A DNA stretch of 37,017 nucleotides, from IMG/VR virus record IMGVR_UViG_3300028585_000505, positions 1 through 37,017 of that record, one strand, 5' to 3'. The DNA comes from a virus (Duplodnaviria; Caudoviricetes). A program made the position numbers and the translations under genes. Positions 34,032-37,017 of this stretch are shown here, piece by piece; position 1 is the stretch's first letter, and each line of letters opens with the position of its first letter. The notes beneath the pieces are model-generated. The model was not told where the DNA came from, ran no database searches, and saw only the letters and a list, made by a program, of their open reading frames with translations.

Positions 34032-34936
34032 GCAATCCAACTGAACTGCCGGACCTCGACCGTCTCTTGAGCCGCGCCGAAATGATCGCGAAATGGCTTG
34101 AGACTGCCACCATGCGGCAAAGCGCTGCCGATGTCCAAGCACTGATCGCCCTTGCCCGCCGCGCCCAGCCAGAGAGCGAAGTCATCCCCGGCAAGCACGC
34201 TGTCTTCCCCATCAACCTGCTCGGGAATCCGATGCGGGAATACAACCATGGTAAATGGGAGAGTGCCATCTGGCCCAGCAACCAAACAGAGGGCGAAGCG
34301 CCACAAGCCGAGCCGAACGAGTTTGAGGCGGCAATCCAGGACTGCGCGCTGATTCTCGACTTGCCGAAAGGCGCAGGTGCTACAGAGGTATGCCGCGCAG
34401 TCAACCGTCTGGCAACAGCCGCCCAGCATGCAGAGAGCGGCGCACCCAGCCATGAAACCATCGTGCGCGAAGGCGGCGACCTCGTATGTACCGCATGCGG
34501 TACTAGCGCCCCCGGCACACCGGAAGCGCCGGCCGACAAGCATCTGCCAGGCTGGGAGCGCGGAATCGCCACTGTGACGCTGAACGGCCACCAGTTGCGC
34601 GAGGCGCTGGAATTCATCAATCCCGATGGCGATGACGACGAAGACCAGCGCGACAACGAACTGACCTTCGGCATCGTCCAGCACAAGGACGACGACGGCA
34701 ACGCGGCCACCGGGCTGTGCTGCTGGAACGACGACAGCGATGGCGTGCTGCCGCTCGATAGCGAACCACGCGCCGCCCAGCTCGACGGCGGCCAGGAAGG
34801 GGCGCTGACACGATGCGCCGCTGGCCGTGACGGCGAGTGCGGCCACAAGGCATGCCCACAACTGCGCGACAACGAGCCAGCCAAGAGCGGCCGCCACTGC
34901 CCGCTGGATCAGGAAGGGAGCGAATCAAATGGCTGA
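34028..34936 (+). CDS. Hypothetical mosaic early protein with Cys/His clusters
   Basis: GAGGA RBS; LVCTACG and CAAGRDGECGHKACPQ..HCPLD. Confidence 0.7.
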   Translation: MSNPTELPDLDRLLSRAEMIAKWLETATMRQSAADVQALIALARRAQPESEVIPGKHAVFPINLLGNPMREYNHGKWESAIWPSNQTEGEAPQAEPNEFEAAIQDCALILDLPKGAGATEVCRAVNRLATAAQHAESGAPSHETIVREGGDLVCTACGTSAPGTPEAPADKHLPGWERGIATVTLNGHQLREALEFINPDGDDDEDQRDNELTFGIVQHKDDDGNAATGLCCWNDDSDGVLPLDSEPRAAQLDGGQEGALTRCAAGRDGECGHKACPQLRDNEPAKSGRHCPLDQEGSESNG

Positions 34937-35507
34937 TACCCGAATCACCGACGCCGAGATTGCTGGCTACATGGGATGGCGCGGCCCCGGCGCGTACACG
35001 GAAGCGAGCCTGCGCAAGATCCGCCAGATTGTCGACCACGTGCTACGCGCCGAACGCGCCACCCCGCCATCGCCCAGCACCGCGCCCGAGGTGGACGAGC
35101 GCGCAGCATTCGAGGTGGCATTCAAGCTTGACCAGTTCCAGCGCCGCCCGCACGCGGTCATCGCTGGCGACTACCAAGAGAGCAGCACGCAATGCGCTTG
35201 GAACGGCTGGCAGGCCCGCGCAGCCCTTTCTTCTCGCCCTGCTGAGGTGGACGACGAAGGACTGGCGCCGGCGCCGGCCACGATCCCGCGCGCCAGCAAC
35301 GATGCGCTGATCGTACTCGCCAAATACTGGAAGCTCGACGGCGACTGGATGACGTGCAAAGGATGCCGGCGCAGCCTGATCGCCTCACGTGACGGCGAGG
35401 AACTGAACCACGGCGACGGCTGCAAGTTCTGGGACCAGCAGCACCCATGGGCAAATTTGCGTGAACTGATCACTCGGCGGCCGGCGCTAGCGGAGGGCAT
35501 GCAGTGA
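34929..35507 (+). CDS. Hypothetical mosaic early protein
   Basis: GGGAG RBS; ERAAFE..TQCAWNGWQARAA module; CKGC..H...C. Confidence 0.7.
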   Translation: MADTRITDAEIAGYMGWRGPGAYTEASLRKIRQIVDHVLRAERATPPSPSTAPEVDERAAFEVAFKLDQFQRRPHAVIAGDYQESSTQCAWNGWQARAALSSRPAEVDDEGLAPAPATIPRASNDALIVLAKYWKLDGDWMTCKGCRRSLIASRDGEELNHGDGCKFWDQQHPWANLRELITRRPALAEGMQ

Positions 35508-35707
35508 ACCTGAGCGACCTCACACTCACCGCGCGGCGCCAGCACCGGTGCGCCGGCTGCGGCCTCACCGTGCGCGCCGGCGAACAGTACGTGCGCGCCC
35601 AGCTGCCCGGCGGCGGGCTTCTGGCGAAGAAGGCATTCCATAGCAAATGCTACACGGCCATATTGGCCAGTCACAATCAGGAGGTAGCGCATGAGCGCAA
35701 TATTTGA
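35504..35707 (+). CDS. Small zinc-finger-like protein
   Basis: ARRQHRCAGCG..VRAGEQY..FHSKC. Confidence 0.65.
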   Translation: MNLSDLTLTARRQHRCAGCGLTVRAGEQYVRAQLPGGGLLAKKAFHSKCYTAILASHNQEVAHERNI

Positions 35708-35948
35708 ACTGTCGCTACCATCCGAGACCCTGAGCGAAGATGAGATCAAGGACATATCCGGGTGCTCCCGCTGCAACGACCAGGTCAATTGGCTGAAAAG
35801 CAACGGGTGGGTATTTATCCTGAACCATGCGAAGGTGCCGAAGGTCGGCCGGCTGTACGCTCGGCTGAAGCTGGCCGGGATCAACCCCGCCGCACTGATG
35901 GCGCCCGAGGCGACAGGATGGCAAATGGACGTGACCAACGTTCGATAA
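35691..35948 (+). CDS. DUF4224-like protein, putative excisionase
   Basis: LSEDEIKDISG....Q..WL..NG..F.....G/V.P.V.R; directly upstream of the integrase. Confidence 0.8.
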   Translation: MSAIFELSLPSETLSEDEIKDISGCSRCNDQVNWLKSNGWVFILNHAKVPKVGRLYARLKLAGINPAALMAPEATGWQMDVTNVR

Positions 35949-35958
35949 TAGGCAGACG

Positions 35959-37017
35959 ATGAGACCAAAGACCACCGGCAAGAAGCTGCCGCCGCGCATG
36001 CTCGCGCGGAAGAGAAGACTAAAATCAGGCTTGGTCTGGATTGGCTACTACTACAACGGCCGCGACGAGGCAGGCAAGCGAACAGAAATTGCGCTAGGCA
36101 CAGATTTAGCGGCCGCCAAGCGGAAGTGGGCTGAGCTGGAGTGCGCACCGGTGCCGGATGATGCATCCACCATGCGGTACGTGTTCGACCAGTACGTGCG
36201 CGACATCCTGCCGAAGAAGAAGCCATCGACGCAGCGCGAGAACAGATTGTGTCTCTCGCAGCTGCGTCCGGTCTTCGACGCGGCGCCAATCGACGCAATC
36301 AAGCCGCAGGACATTGCCCGCTATCGGGACGCCAGGTCGGCACCAGTGCGCGCCAACCGCGAGATCGCGCTGCTGTCGCATGTGTTTAACATGGCGCGCG
36401 AGTGGGGCTTCACGCAGCGTGACAATCCCTGCCGCGGCGTCCGGAAAAACAAAGAGGTGCCTCGGGACTATTATGCCGAGGCGGACGTGTGGGATGCCGT
36501 GTTCGCCGCCGGCACCCAGGTGCTGCGCGACGCGATGGACCTGGCGTACCTCACAGGGCAACGTCCGGCAGACGTGCTGAAGATGAGCAAGCTCGACATT
36601 CGAAACGATGAACTCCACGTCCTGCAGAACAAGACGGCGCACACTCTCAGAATCCGGCTGCACGTAGATGGCGAGCCGACGCAACTCGGCGCATGCGTCG
36701 AGCGACTGATGGCGCGGCCAGTCAAGTCCATGACCGGCGCGCTGGTGTGCACAGAACAGGGGCAGCGGTTGACGTTGAAAATGCTGCGCGATCGTTTCGA
36801 CGGGGCGCGCGAAACGGCGGCGGCGCTGGCCGAGAAAGACCGCAACGCCGATCTGGCGCTTCGCATCAAAGCGTTTCAGTTTCGGGATATCCGACCGAAA
36901 GCGGCAAGCGAAATTGCGAGCCTGGAGGACGCCAGCAAGCTGCTTGGACACACGAGTAAGCAGATTACGCAGAAGGTGTACCGGAGGGTCGGAGAGGTCG
37001 TCAAGCCGACGAGATAA
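35959..37017 (+). CDS. int: Tyrosine integrase
   Basis: LAYLTGQR, QNKT, FRDIR, LLGH and VYRR catalytic residues. Confidence 0.95.
   Translation: MRPKTTGKKLPPRMLARKRRLKSGLVWIGYYYNGRDEAGKRTEIALGTDLAAAKRKWAELECAPVPDDASTMRYVFDQYVRDILPKKKPSTQRENRLCLSQLRPVFDAAPIDAIKPQDIARYRDARSAPVRANREIALLSHVFNMAREWGFTQRDNPCRGVRKNKEVPRDYYAEADVWDAVFAAGTQVLRDAMDLAYLTGQRPADVLKMSKLDIRNDELHVLQNKTAHTLRIRLHVDGEPTQLGACVERLMARPVKSMTGALVCTEQGQRLTLKMLRDRFDGARETAAALAEKDRNADLALRIKAFQFRDIRPKAASEIASLEDASKLLGHTSKQITQKVYRRVGEVVKPTR

Larger units (their letters stand above)
1..37017. mobile_element. Lambdoid/HK97-like temperate prophage, partial (tail end and att sites outside the window)
   Basis: Continuous synteny: integrase, early-left genes, cI/cro, replication, Q-like gene, terminase, portal, capsid, tail. 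Confidence 0.97.

Noticed and set aside
36860-36900. Integrase RDIR instead of HxxR as a sign of inactivation
   Set aside because: To my knowledge this substitution is common in this integrase group, and the other catalytic residues (R, K, H, Y) are present
1-37017. Diversity-generating retroelement, retron, IS element or att site
   Set aside because: No reverse transcriptase or transposase motifs and no long repeat pair noticed; the window ends at the integrase stop, so att cannot be seen

Overview
The window is most of a temperate, long-tailed (siphovirus-like) prophage with lambdoid gene order and an HK97-type head. The host is probably a high-GC Betaproteobacterium, possibly Oxalobacteraceae such as Massilia (inference only). 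The minus strand carries cro, cII, replication initiator, antirepressor, DNA cytosine methylase, ninG, a Q-like gene, the late promoter, HNH, cos, terS, terL, portal, ClpP protease, capsid, head-tail genes, tail tube, frameshifted chaperones, tape measure and tail-tip genes. The plus strand carries cI, an accessory block, the early-left operon, a DUF4224 gene and a tyrosine integrase ending at the last base. Highlights: (1) a PEP-CTERM surface-protein gene with an intact sigma54 promoter, IHF-like site and enhancer-like box; (2) a 1017-aa lectin-like/SGNH esterase/Fn3 protein inside the head module; (3) a C5 methylase with a second long ORF nested in another frame, as in M.EcoHK31I; (4) a tRNA-like structured RNA plus an anti-Shine-Dalgarno sRNA-like element after the late terminator, and a second four-way-junction RNA after PL; (5) two candidate defence pairs (Abi-alpha + Imm, and hypothetical + DUF1828); (6) a rusA relic. 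No lysis cassette, recombinase or att site is visible. All family calls come from motif recognition by eye and RNA folds were done by hand; no searches were run.
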